From NCBI RefSeq assembly GCF_009914755.1, contig NC_060947.1: 64,000 nt of DNA; one strand, given 5' to 3'. Positions 13,774 through 26,701 of the stretch are shown in pieces. The position numbers and the translations under genes are program-made. Numbering within the stretch: the stretch's first letter is position 1; every line of letters begins with the position of its first letter. The notes beneath the pieces were generated by a model. The model ran no database searches, was not told the origin of the DNA, and was given only the letters and a program-made list of their open reading frames with translations. The DNA is from the human T2T-CHM13v2.0 reference genome, Homo sapiens.

Positions 13774-14394
13774 TCCTGGATGCTGATGTTCTGCTTCTGA
13801 GACCCTTAGATGGGCTTCCAAAGGGGGATGTGGGAAGAAAATGTAAGAACAGATATAGTCATGTTTTTAAAAGTATGTCTGTGGCTATTTTTATCATATA
13901 CCCAGTGTATTAATACAGAAATATGTAGGGCTGTGTGTTGAATGTTTACTGATGGGAGGGCAGTTTAAAAAGAAGTTGAAGGCCACAGACTATTGAATAT
14001 TTGTTTCTATCATTTATTTCCATTGTTTTTGCTTTAAGTCTCAAAATGGGGCCAGTCATGAATTTCCTTTTGCCCATGCAGATGTAGATGTATAGCCTTG
14101 AGTTAACTGGGTGACCGATCCTCTTTTTCCTACATTTCCATTTTTTATAGACTGTGGCCCCCATTTTAAAACTGTATTTGAGTATCAGTAATCTTTCTTG
14201 CACATTCTAGCTGAACATTCTCTCTCTCTCATATTTCCGAGCAATCCAACCACTAACCATTCCCTTCTGTCACCACCCCCCGCCCTATAAATAGCATTTT
14301 GAAGCATGCAGTAACTTGCCAGTTTGAGGATTTAGGTCTTTTTCATCCTGCTTGCCTACTTGACTGTCAGTTCATGAAGACAGTTGCTGAACAG

Positions 14395-14650
14395 GCATGA
14401 TGCTTGGGTGTTTCACGCCCGTTAATTAAGTCAAAGATGATGGGGCGCTTACTTGCTAAGATATATATACATGTACACACCTACCTATGTATTCTGTATG
14501 CACATATATATAGCTGTCCATATATGTTTGTGTATATGCACACATATACATGCAAGCATGTATATATTTGTGTGTATTAGAATTACTGATAATTAGAATT
14601 ACTGAATTACTGATGGCCATGTTTTGCATAGATTAATTGTAAACCTAAGT
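14395..14650 (+). repeat. Local direct duplication, copy A
   Basis: Similar to 15917-16207 (TAATTAAGTCAAAGA..GCTTACTTGCT..GCCATG..ATAGATTA..CTAAGT). Confidence 0.85.
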
Positions 14651-14782
14651 AAGATAAACCATAAAAAGTACTCAGCACAGGGTCTGACATCTATCAAACA
14701 CTCCATAAATAACTTTTTAAATTCTTTTTATTACTTTTTAAATTCTTTTTATTGCTTTGGATATCTAATCAAGTATATAATC

Positions 14783-15082
14783 TTTTTTTTTTTTTTTTTT
14801 TTGAGACAGAGTCTCACTCTGTCACCCAGGCTGGAGTGCAATGGTGCGATCTCAGCTCACTGCAACCTCCACCTCCGAGTTCAAGCGATTCTCCTGCCTC
14901 AGCCTCTCCAGTAGCTGGGACTACAGGCACACACCACCACACCTGGCTAGTTTTTGTATTTTTAGTAGAGACGGGGTTTTGCCATGTTGGCCAGGCTGTT
15001 CTCGAACTCCTGACCTCAGGTGATCCACCTGCCTCAGCCCCCCAAAATGCTGGGATTATAGGCATGAGTCACCGCGCCTGGC
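14783..15082 (-). mobile_element. AluSx-like
   Basis: Poly-T plus antisense Alu; TSD TAATCAA(G/T)TA(T/C)ATAATCT. Confidence 0.95.
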
Positions 15083-15916
15083 TAATCAATTACATAATCT
15101 CAAGAGGCTAATTCTATATTCTTCATACAGTGAAAATTTTTAACATTTTTCTTTTAGTATACAGTATCTGGGAAATTTTTTCTACTCATCACTTACTCTG
15201 TACATAAAGTTTATGTTCAACATTTCATGTACTATATTCATACATTATTTAACAATTTTTTTAATTTAAAGGGTGACACTCAACTTATTGCTTTTCCATT
15301 TGTTACATATTCTCAATCAAAATTCGTTTTCTCTAGATTTAAATCCATCAAAATTTCCAGAAATGTCCCAGATACCCAGACGTCCTGTAGGCTTTAAATA
15401 TAATTTTTCATCTTCAATAATCTTCTATTTACCATAAGAATGCTGACCACTTCCTGCTTGTAGCTTATCTGAGGAAAGTCCCTTTTAGTTGATCCAAGTT
15501 CCCAGATTTCCCCAATTCTGCTTTTTCCTGTGATCCCACAAGAAGTTCCAAAAGTATGAAGTAGCGCCAAATGTTAACTTGCATAAAACCCTGTGATGAT
15601 ACTTGTAAGCATCAGCATTGAGTTCTTCCTGTTCCTACCCACCCCTACTCCTGATTTCCTCCTGACTCTGGGTATAATTGGTGTTCTCCATGGTCACATG
15701 TGAGTTTAAATTCTTCCAGATGTTTTGATAAAACTTCATTTTAAAAGCCATGTTGAAGGAGACCATAGCAGAGTTTGTATGCAAAGGTATGGAGTGGTTT
15801 CTTCTGAGAATGGGCCCAGCAGGGCTTACCTGCCTATAAGAGGCACTGGTCTCCAAAGTTGTGCCAAGTCTAGCCTTCGTGAAATTCACCTGGGAATTTA
15901 GAATCCCAGTTGGAAT

Positions 15917-15979
15917 GCTTGATGTTTAGGTGTTTCATGCCTGCTAATTAAGTCAAAGACGTTGGGGTGCTTACTTGCT

Positions 15980-16042
<63 letters not shown>

Positions 16043-16207
16043 CCACATATATATTCTGTATACCCACATATATACCTGTCCATGTAAGTTTGTGTGTATA
16101 TGCATACATATACATGCAAGTGTGTATATATTTTGTGTGTGTGTGTGTGTGAGAATTACCGATAAGCTCATAGCCATGCTTTGTATAGATTAGTTATAAA
16201 ACTAAGT
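15917..16207 (+). repeat. Local direct duplication, copy B, containing (AT)26 at 15983-16034 and a (TG)n tract
   Basis: Collinear with 14395-14650; AT run counted as 52 nt. Confidence 0.85.
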
Positions 16208-16900
16208 GTTCAGAATTGTTGGGGCTTGAGGGAGCTGGTTACTCACACCCTCTCCAGCTGAGCAATTCACACTGCAGACAGTGCAGCTGAGAGTGAGCAG
16301 GTGCATGAATTCCATAGGCCATAGCTTGGACTTGCACTCTTGCAACTCTCCAGTGCCTCCAGGTAGCAAAGAAGAAACGCAAGCCATCAATCCAGAACAA
16401 AGGATCCCTGTCACAGAGAGCTCACCTTAGGGCAGCAGAAACAAAGAGAGGGTGCACTCCACCTATAGGAAGGCTGTCCCAAGAGAACAAGAGCCAGGAG
16501 ACTTGAGGCAGCAGCAGCAGGGACAGTTTCCCCACTGTCACCAATCCCACAAGTCACTCTGTCTCTTGTGAGAAGCATAGGAAGGAGGAAAGGGGAAGAG
16601 GGACAAGTCCCCACCCTTCCGTATTTCAGGGGTTGATTTCGAAATGTAGGGAGAAGAGAAAAGTTCCTCTAAAGTACCATCCTGAAGCTAATAAATGAAT
16701 AAATTCTCAACCAGATTGTCTACACTGAGGAGACGGGTCTGTAAAACATGGTGCCGTGCTTGGACTCATGACATGAAAAAGACTCTTCCCTGCAGAGCAG
16801 AGACCAAAGCTTGCAGGTTTCCCCTCATTATGAATCTACTGTACAGAAGATAGACAGAGTCCCTACCTTCATGGGGCTAAAGATATAATTTCCAAGACTT

Positions 16901-17202
<302 letters not shown>

Positions 17203-17319
17203 TCATTATTATTGATTGGGTTCTACAATTTCCCCTAGGCATTTCCGAAATGGTATAGAATATAGCTATGAAATTTGTATTCTGCATTACATAGATGTAA
17301 TATTCAGAAACTGTTGATT

Positions 17320-17850
17320 GCATTCATCCATCCATCTATCCATCCATCCATCCATCCATCCATCCATCCATCCAGTCAGTCAGTCAGTCAATAAATATTT
17401 ATGGTGTGGCCACCATGGGCCTGGCATGATGCTTAGGGTGAGGAGACACTGGCGAGCCAAAATAGAAATAGTCCCTGTTCTCCTGGAGCTTATTCAGAAA
17501 TCCATTAATCAGATTATTGCACTGAAGGAGATTCAAGTGTGATGAAGGAAAGGAAGAGGTTTCTATAAGAGTGATGACTTGGAAAAGGGAGCGAAACCAG
17601 GGAGCAGGAGAGGCGGGCTGCCCTGAGGAAGGCCACCCAAGGTGAGATGTGAAAAATGAGTTAATTGAACCAGGCAACACTGAAAGATGACCATATTTGG
17701 GGGCGGGAGACAAAGAGTGTGTCTTAGTCATATGGCATTTGGGAGCCTTCGAATCACCAAGTGGATGGAGATGCTGAGTCAGTAGGTGCCCATAGTCTAC
17801 GGAGCTCAAAGAATAGAGCTGAGCTGGAAAGATGCAGTTGAACACTCCTG
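17320..17850 (-). mobile_element. L2 fragment with (CATC)n/(CAGT)n tail-derived microsatellite
   Basis: (CATC)n followed by CAATAAATATTTAT..GGCCTGGCATGATGCT, typical of an antisense L2 3' end. Confidence 0.6.
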
Positions 17851-18113
17851 TGGCAATGGGAGTAATGGACACCTTGGGCGGGGTCTTGCTACTCAAACCA
17901 TGGTCCCTGGACCAGCAACATGGGCATCCCCTGGGAGTTCATTAGACATGCTGACTCTCAGGCTCCACCTCAGACCTGCTAAATCAGACACACAGGCAGA
18001 AGATGACCGTGTCCCATCAATGACAAGGTTTACAACCAAAGATTTTCAGGGTGAGGATAATACCACAATATCCCAGCAGTGAGTATATATTTATTGTGAG
18101 ACAGTCTCAGTGA

Positions 18114-18386
18114 TTTTTATTTTATTTTTTTAAGACAGCGTCTCACTCTGTCGCCTAGGTTGAACTGCAGTTGTGAGGTCTCAGCTCACTGCAGCCTTTG
18201 CCTCCTGAGCACAAGCAAACCTCCACCTCAGCCTCTCGCGTGTGCCCCCACACTTGGCGAGTTTTTTTAGTTTTTTTTGTAGAGACAAGGTCCAGGCTGG
18301 CCTCGAACTCCTGGGCTCAAGCAATCCTTTTTCACCTTGGCTTCTCAAAGTGCTAGGATTACAGGTGTGAGCCACTACACCTGGCC
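18114..18386 (-). mobile_element. AluJ
   Basis: Diverged antisense Alu; TSD AGTC(TC/CT)AGTGATTT. Confidence 0.88.
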
Positions 18387-18424
18387 AGTCCTAGTGATTT
18401 AGGTATCAACTCCCCAACCTGTTA

Positions 18425-18965
18425 CAGTGGCTCTTAACTTTGCCTGCACCTTGCAATTACCTGGGCAGCTTTAAAAAAAGACTATGTCTGGGTTCTACCA
18501 TAAAGATTGTGATTTAATTGGTTTGGGCTACAGACTGAGCTTTGGGATTTTAAAGCTGGAGGGCGATTCCAACATGCAGGCAAAGTTGAGAACCACTGCT
18601 TCAGAGTCATTGCTTGATTGCAACAGATTCTCAAGCATGAGCAGGCATCAAAATCACCTGAGGGGCTAGTTAAAACAGATTGCTGGGCCCTACTTCTCAG
18701 CTTCTGATTCAGTAGGTCTGGAGTTGGAACCCGAGAATTTGCATCTCTTACAAGATAGGTCCAAGTGATGCTGGTCTTGCTCTATTGAGCGGTTGTCAAA
18801 CTTGACTGGCTAATAGAGTCACCTATGGGTGCCTAGGCCTTGTGCTAGAGCCCCTGGATTAATAGATATGAAGGCAAAGTCCTGACATCTATGTTTTAAA
18901 TAAAAACCCACCCAGATGATCCTGATGTAGATGACCTAAAGATGAACTTTTGCAAAACCCTGCTC
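18425..18965. mobile_element. Cluster of about three MER5-family hAT-Charlie MITEs
   Basis: Repeated MER5 hallmarks: CAGTGGCTCTTAACTT..TTGAGAACCACTG; AAATCACCTG..TTAAAACAGATTGCTGGGCCC..GATTCAGTAGGTCTGG; CAGATGATCCTGATG. Confidence 0.65.
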
Positions 18966-19504
18966 TAGACACAATTTATATTTATAACCTTAAGCACTGA
19001 GATGACACTGGGAGGTGGAGTAATCTTCGAGAATGCCATCTCTTCTTTCTCTTTTCCTTCATCCCCATTCAAGCTGATCCTAAACTGTATGCATTGCCTC
19101 AGGGGGCACGTGCAGGGGAAGCAACCTAGTCGGCTTTTGTCTTCTACAGGAAGGCCCAAAGGCCTTAGGGGATCATAGAAGAGCCCGTGGAACAAAGCGA
19201 CTCTAGGGCATCAACCAGGTGTCCAGGAAGAGAAGGGATAGGGCTGCTTTTCTGCCCCTTCTGGAGAAAGACGTGAAGAGGGAAGGGGAGGAAGGTAATA
19301 TTAACAGATCAGGGAGGTCTGTCAGACCTGAGAAAAGTGGGACCCTGCCAACTCCACGTGAGAAATGATCAATCTTCCACAGAGTTGAGATGAAGGAGTT
19401 GAATTAAAAAATCAATTGTGTACCCCGCTTCCACACACCCCACTCTGGTTTGCCACTGCATCAGACTCAGAAGCTGTACCCAATCCCTGGCAGGCAAGGA
19501 CTCC

Positions 19505-19952
19505 TGTGAAAGGAAAATACCTTGGGCCCCCAACATCGCTAAGCTAAAAGGAAAAGTCAAGCTGGAAACTGCTTAGGGCAAACCTGCCTCCCATTCTATT
19601 CAAAGTCATCCCTCTGCTCACTGAGATAGATGCATATTCTGATTGCCTCCTTTGGAAACGCTAATCAGAAACTCAAAGAATGCAACCGTTTGTTTCTCAC
19701 CTACCTGTGACCTGGAAGCCCCCTCCCTGCTTCGAGTTGTCCCCCCTTTCTGGAAGAATCAATGTACTTCTTACAGAGATTGACTGATGTCTCATGTCTC
19801 CCAAAAATGTGTAAAACCAAGCTGTGCCCCAACCACCTTGGGCACATGTCGTCAGGACATCCTGAGGCTGTGTCACAAGCACGCGTCCTTAACTTTGTCA
19901 AATTAAACTTTCTAAATTAACTGAGACCTCTTTCAAATTTTCGGGGTTCACA
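19505..19952 (+). mobile_element. MER4A-family solo LTR (ERV1)
   Basis: TGTGAAAGGAAAAT...GGGGTTCACA termini (TG..CA); 4-bp TSD CTCC at 19501-19504 and 19953-19956. Confidence 0.85.
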
Positions 19953-20436
19953 CTCCCCACTCCTCCGAGGGTCTGAGTTGATCTTCTGGAGAGTGAGGTA
20001 GGATGAAAGCTCAGAGACAAACACAGAATGGAGTCATAAAAAACAAACGTCTCTGCACATTTCAGTTGGTGGACTAAGTCACAGCAGATACATTAGACAT
20101 ATGTTTAACTATTTGAACATTTTTCACCTGGGTATATTTCTTGCATAATTGTATTTGTTTTGTTTTCAAAATTTAACTCAGTAAGTAGATTTAGAATATA
20201 CATTGGGAATTCTGAGCTCGATTTTGTATCATTCATCAATTATAAAAGTGACCCCTCCCTAGCATAGAACGTAGTTAAAATCCTCTGTCTGTTCCAAAAT
20301 GGGACGAGCAAAAGATCGTTTCATGTTTCCTTTTCTTACATCTTAAGCACTTTGGTGCCTATAGGGCAAACTATGAATCAAAGTTGTTTTTTATTTAGAA
20401 ACTTGGATTTCCTTAACTGAAGATGCTCAAAAGCCT

Positions 20437-20772
<336 letters not shown>

Positions 20773-20773
20773 T

Positions 20774-21058
20774 TAATCCCAGCACTTTGGGAGGCTGAGG
20801 CAGGAGAATCGCTTGAGCCCAGGAGTTTGAGACCAGCCTGGGCAACATAGCAAGACCCCGTCTCTACAAAAAATAAAAAATTAGCTGGGCATGGTGTGTG
20901 CCTGTAGTCTCAGCTATTTGGGAAGCTGAGGCAGGAAGGTCACTTGAGCTGAGAATTTGAGGCTGCAGTGAGCCGCGATTGCACCACTGCACTCCAGCCT
21001 GGGTGAAAGAGCGACACACTGTTTAAAATATAAAATAAAATAAAATGAAAAAATAAAA
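20774..21058 (+). mobile_element. AluJ, 5'-truncated
   Basis: GCTTGAGCCCAGGAGTTTGAGACCAGCCTGGGCAACATAG; (TAAAA)n tail. Confidence 0.9.
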
Positions 21059-21133
21059 TTTTATACTGTACGTTGCCACACAAAAATTATTACCTACGAG
21101 TCTGATCAGGAAGCCCGAGATATTGGGTGGTGG

Positions 21134-21147
21134 GCGCCATCTTGTGG
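21134..21147 (-). promoter_or_regulatory. Candidate overlapping CTCF/YY1 site
   Basis: Minus strand CCACAAGATGGCGC; contains the YY1 core AAGATGGCG. Confidence 0.55.
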
Positions 21148-21944
21148 CAGCATGGTTATTAACATCTTGGCCATTGGCTGGATCTTCAAGCCAATGCTGA
21201 CACGTGAAGGCGTTTCTGCAGTCCCTGAAAAAAGGTGCAGGTGCAGGAAGGAAGAAACAAAAATGCCTTTCTCGAATGCTAAAAGCACTGATTCTGGAGA
21301 TAGGAAGACTTGCAAAAGAGAACTAGAAAAAAAGAGGAAATAAAACATATTGGGGGGAAGGGCAGAGGAGTCCTGAGACTGTGAGGAATCAAATGAAGAT
21401 TCCATGGAGAAGTAGCCTGTATAACAGGAATGGCCCTTCTCAAATCTTCTCCATGCCAAGCCCCGGGCCTCAAATCTAGCAGGTTGTTCTTGTGCTTTTC
21501 CAACAGCCCTCATATATTTGAATCAATTATCCCCAACATCTTCCCACATATTTTCAGCATTTGGTACTGATCCCTCTACCAGATGCCCTGTCCCCAACAA
21601 GCAGCCTCGCCTCCTATATCTGCCCACCAATGGATGCGTCCTCAAATTCTGTCCTCTCTACATCAAACATGTTTTATGTCACCGACTTCATCATCATCAT
21701 CTCACAAAACCCAGATTCTTTCCTCACAGAGCCTATCTGCATTCGTTCTCATTCCAAGGAGAGGTGGCCCTTCCCTTCCTAAATTGCAAGCCCACCCACC
21801 ACTGCCCCTGGTTCATTCACTTTCCCTACTTGGGAAAGCGGCTCCATGAGGTTGACTCTGTCCGTTGCACATGTGACCACTCTTCTCCATCCTGCCGGCT
21901 TTTCCTCCTCACTTGAACACACTTCTTTTAAAATTATCTTCCCT

Positions 21945-22310
21945 CCAAAGATGTTTGTCGCAGCATTGTTTGTAATTTCAAAAAATTAGGACAAGCACAA
22001 ATGCCAATCAATAGAGGATTCATTAAGCAAAATACCACATGCATAACCGTCTACAGAACACAGCCACTGAAAAAAAAGAACAAGGCAGATCTGCATATCC
22101 AAACCAGAATGCTAGCTGGAAAAAAAAAATGATGCAGAATAGCACGTATCATGTGAACTCAGTTTTCAAAAAGAATTCTGTACGTAATTATATGTCAGTA
22201 TATACATAGGAAAAATCTTGAAGAACATATACCAAACCATTAACAATGGTCAACTCTGAGGAGTGGAATTTGGAGAGCTTTCATCTGATGTGTTCTACAT
22301 TCCTTTATTG
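21945..22310 (+). mobile_element. Old L1M 3' fragment
   Basis: GCAGCATTGTTTGTAAT..AAATGCCAATCAATAGAGGA..ATATACCAAACCATTAACAATGGT. Confidence 0.55.
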
Positions 22311-23400
22311 GGATATTTAGGACCATGTAATAACATTATACTCAGAAAAATTTTATATACAAAAGAAACTTCCCTTAATTCTATCAATATCATCCTCTGT
22401 TTCCCTTTAATTTTCACCAACATCCATCCATCCATCCATCCATTCGTCCCCATCCATTTTCACCAACATCCATGTGTAAGACCAGGCTGGATGGATACAA
22501 CAGCCCTTGGGCTCAAAACTTGTACAGTCTGGTGAATGTAACACGGAGCCACCAAAATGTCATCCAGCAGAGAAAGTGGCAAGTACGACAGAGCTTTCCG
22601 TTCAGATCCAAGCTTTGCTGCTGAATTTGGGTAAATGACTGAGCCTTTATGAGCCTGTTTCCTCCTCTGAAAATGGGGATTATAGTAACAAGCAGAGAGA
22701 ACAGGAGTGGTGGGTGGGTAGCGCCTTAAGTAGGTGTTGGTGCAGAGGACTCCATCCCATCTGGGCCACAGACCATCAGGAGGCACGTGGGGACTTGGGG
22801 ACAAAGAAAACAAGCAGCCCATATCTGCCGGCAGGACCTGGCAAAGTGGGCGTGACACCAACAAGTTGCATCCCAGAGGTGACCACAAAGCGCCCAGGAT
22901 TTGCAAAGCTAAGGTCAAGTGGAGGCAGGAGGAGACAGTTTCAGGAAACACCTGTGGCCTATCTCACCCGTGTCTTCCCTGGCCAGGGAAGGGCAGCCGC
23001 TTAAAGGGGCCAAGGGAAGCTGCAGCGTGGCTCCTAAACATGGACGCACAGTAGCTGTCCTCTCAGGAGCTCTGCACCCCCACTTAAAACCAGGATCACA
23101 AGAGATTTGTGTAAAGGAAGCCTCTTGTGCATTTCTTCATCTGAATCGTTGACTTAAAAGTTTCTTCCACGTAAGTCCTTTCACTTTAGCTTTGTATATA
23201 TTTAGCATTGATTTCACAACAAACAACTGATTCCAGGCACTTGGTGTTTTCCCAGACCTTGAGCTTTTTCCAGGGTTGCACGTTATTTCCATATGTGGTA
23301 CTTCGCGGCAGCCCCAGTATGGGGAAGCCATTTGCTGCCTTATGAATTGTCTGGTCATCGACTCGAGAGGAAAGGGCTGTGTCCAGGGCTGGGGAAGGCC
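22280..23400 (-). ncRNA. TLR8-AS1: Probable 3' terminal region of the antisense lncRNA TLR8-AS1
   Basis: From recall, an antisense lncRNA ends a few kb upstream of the TLR8 promoter. The only sequence support is a minus-strand AATAAA (TTTATT 22304-22309). Exon limits cannot be determined here. Confidence 0.35.
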
Positions 23401-24056
23401 CCAAGAGTGGTTCTTCAGGCCTACTGTTGGCAACAGCCCAGGAATGTGTGAGGTCTGTAACAACAAGCGTAGTAATAATAATTCCAGCTCTGCTAGTTGA
23501 ACGCTCACTTTGTGCCAGCTACTTTTCTAAGAGTTCCACGATATGAACAATTTAATCCTCAAAGCCAACATCTGAGAAAGATACTACTATTCTTATCCCA
23601 ATTTGACAGATGAGAAAACTAAGGCTCAGAGAGGCTTGTCTGCTGGTGATTTGTGTGTCTGGGAAGTGCACGTTGTCTGGCAGGCTTGCCTGGCAGAAGC
23701 GGTTCATGACAGGTCTTCTCCATTTTGGAATCAAGATCTGTGTCAGCATGGATGGCAAGGGGAAGAGTAAGGAAAGATTGGTCTAGGAGATGCCCAGGAG
23801 CTTTTGGCCTCACAGTGCAGGGTGGGGAGAGCAGACCTGGCCACCAAGGACCAGTTTCTGGGCTTGGGCAGAAGCCAATCATCTGGCTACTTTACAAGCA
23901 GATGGAGCTTCTTCCTCTCAGTAACCTTCCTGCCCTGGTGTCAATTCCATTTTCATTTTCATCTTTTATGGTACTGGTTGTGTGGAGAAAACTGAAGGCT
24001 CATTTGGTATAAGTAAGTAACTCATTTTTATGAGTTTGCTTGACATAGATACTAGA

Positions 24057-24132
24057 CTGTATGTGTGTATATATACATATAAACATGCATATGTACATAA
24101 AAAATATATATATATCATATATACATGATGAT

Positions 24133-24171
<39 letters not shown>

Positions 24172-24186
24172 CGTATACAAGCATGC
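24057..24186. repeat. (TA)n/(CA)n compound microsatellite
   Basis: Alternating purine-pyrimidine tract including a (CA)n run at about 24134-24158. Confidence 0.9.
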
Positions 24187-24276
24187 TTTACAAGGCCAAT
24201 TGACTGGTCTACAATTGGCTGACACTTGGTGGCCTAGAAGCCAGGGTATGTGAGTCTCGCTTTTCTAGAAAGCTGA

Positions 24277-24770
<494 letters not shown>

Positions 24771-25057
24771 TGAAGGCCCAGGCTGCACTCTCTGATGTCA
24801 CAGGAATCACCTCTCAAACCATGCACCAGGTCTTGAATTCCCTTAGGGTGTGATCTTTAGAGGTCCATCTAGGTATACCCACCCAAGCCATTCTTTGACT
24901 GCTGACAGGCCTTCCTTCATAACAAGGTGTTCCACAGTCCATTTATATATGGATGTCATCTCTGCCCACCCTGCTGCCAATTTGGTTTTCTCCCACTCCT
25001 GGGGTGTAAGGCAAGATGAAACATATCACATCCCGTTCTAAACTTTATTCTTGTGGC

Positions 25058-25409
25058 CAGGGGTCAGCAAACTTTTTCTGTAAAGGGCCAGATGGCAAAT
25101 ATCTTAGGTTTTACAGGCCAAGAAGCAAATTTGGCATATTATGTAGCTACTTATATAGTAAAATAAAAATTTCCACAATTATGTAATTGATGAAACTCAA
25201 AATGTAATAATAATAATCGAAGGCAGTTTTTTTGTAGTATAGGTTTAATAATGAGAAGAATGGAATCATTTTTGGAGGTGCTAACATTCTGCTTGGTTGG
25301 AATTTAAAGTTAGTGTTCTGTATCAGCAAATCCATTGCCAATGTTCATCTAAAAATGTTTTCACTTCTGGGCCGGATTTCGTTCAAAGGCTGCAGTTTGC
25401 TGACCTCTG
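25058..25409. mobile_element. MER58-family hAT-Charlie element
   Basis: TIRs CAGGGGTCAGCAAACT ... AGTTTGCTGACCTCTG; TTTCTGTAAAGGGCCAGAT. Confidence 0.8.
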
Positions 25410-25899
25410 CTCTTGGTTACACCTTTTGAGGCCCTTGCTCTCCGAGCATAAAATGGAATCCATTTATCAGACTAAATCGGGAAGATTAAATTTTCCAGCC
25501 TCACGAATGCTCAGCCATTGACTCACTCGTTCATACAATGAACACTCATTGAGCTTATACTACACGCCAGGTGCTGGAGGAGGCATGGGGCGCCCAGGAG
25601 AAAGATGCTCGCTTTGCGGCCACAGCCCAGTGGGAGGGAGACCCATACCTACCGGTGCTGTCTCAGAAACTTGTGGAACAAAGATGAAGCAATGTTCATG
25701 TTATTCGCCTACATCTGTGAATTACACAAGGAAGACGAGTTTGAGAAATCCGAAGTTCAGTACAAATTTATGGTAACTTTTTTAAAAAAGAATACACTGA
25801 AGTTTTCTTAGTGAATGGAATAATGTTCCCTTTTTCTCCCCTGTACACACAAATACACAAAAACTAACAAAAATACGTCGTGTGTGTCTGATTTGGGTT

Positions 25900-26100
25900 G
25901 TATTTAAATCATTTCATAAATGACTTTTTCCCATAACTTCAGTTTCAAAGTTTTAAAGCACAGTCAATTAATGATTTGGCAACAGCTAAGAAATCACAAG
26001 TTCCCTTCTTTTCATGTAAACTTCTGTAAAACACACGCTACGTTCTGCTGATGGTAAATAGAGCCATTTCAGGAAGTTAGCCAGTTTCTCTTCTCGGCCA
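25900..26100 (+). promoter_or_regulatory. TLR8: TLR8 proximal promoter (no canonical TATA box seen)
   Basis: C/EBP-like TTTCATAA 25912-25919; overlapping GAS-like TTTCAGGAA 26067-26075 and ETS CAGGAAGT 26070-26077; IRF-like AGTTTCTCTTC 26083-26093, directly upstream of exon 1. Confidence 0.7.
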
Positions 26101-26172
26101 CCTCCTGCATAGAGGGTACCATTCTGCGCTGCTGCAAGTTACGGAATGAAAAATTAGAACAACAGAAACATG
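26083..26172 (+). other. TLR8: TLR8 exon 1 (5' UTR ending in the initiator ATG); 5' end approximate
   Basis: AACAGAAACATG|GTAAGC consensus donor at 26172/26173. Confidence 0.85.
26170..26172 (+). CDS. TLR8: TLR8 initiator Met for the 1041-aa isoform (MENMFLQ...)
   Basis: ATG plus donor; joined to GAA AAC ATG at 38506 it gives the known N-terminus. Confidence 0.9.
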
Positions 26173-26701
26173 GTAAGCCACTTCTATTTCTTTAGCAAAG
26201 CTTTCCAACAGAATATGGGGTTTCTGACCCAGAAATCTGGGTTGGTGGCAAATGGTGTGAGCCTAGAAAGTAATAAATGGGCAAATAAGGATAAAAATTA
26301 AAGATCGAAACAACTGTAAATGCAGGTAAAGCGGCTTGCTATGATCTTTAATTTGTGCACACGTTAGTATAAAGGAATTAGAGAGTAAATTTTGAAAATC
26401 AAATGCAGTGATGATCTTACTAATTTGGACAGGAAAATAAGAAAATTTCAAGTTAGAAATTGAACTGGAAATATTACTTACTGGCCCTACCAGAGACAAT
26501 ATCCTCTTCCAGAACAACAGGGTTGGAAGAGAAGGTGAGGGAAATATTCTTCCTTTGCTATTTCTGTAGAAAAGGACAAACTCTCTTCCTTCACATACAT
26601 AGGTCAATTGCTAGATCCTAGTGAAGCCTGAGCTTAACCTACTGTTGGAGGCTTAAAGTTCGACATTAATTGCTACTTTTCTTGGTCAGAGTTTTAAATA
26701 A

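Noticed and set aside
15898-16193. ORFs with (YI)n runs
   Set aside because: Translation of the (AT)26 microsatellite.
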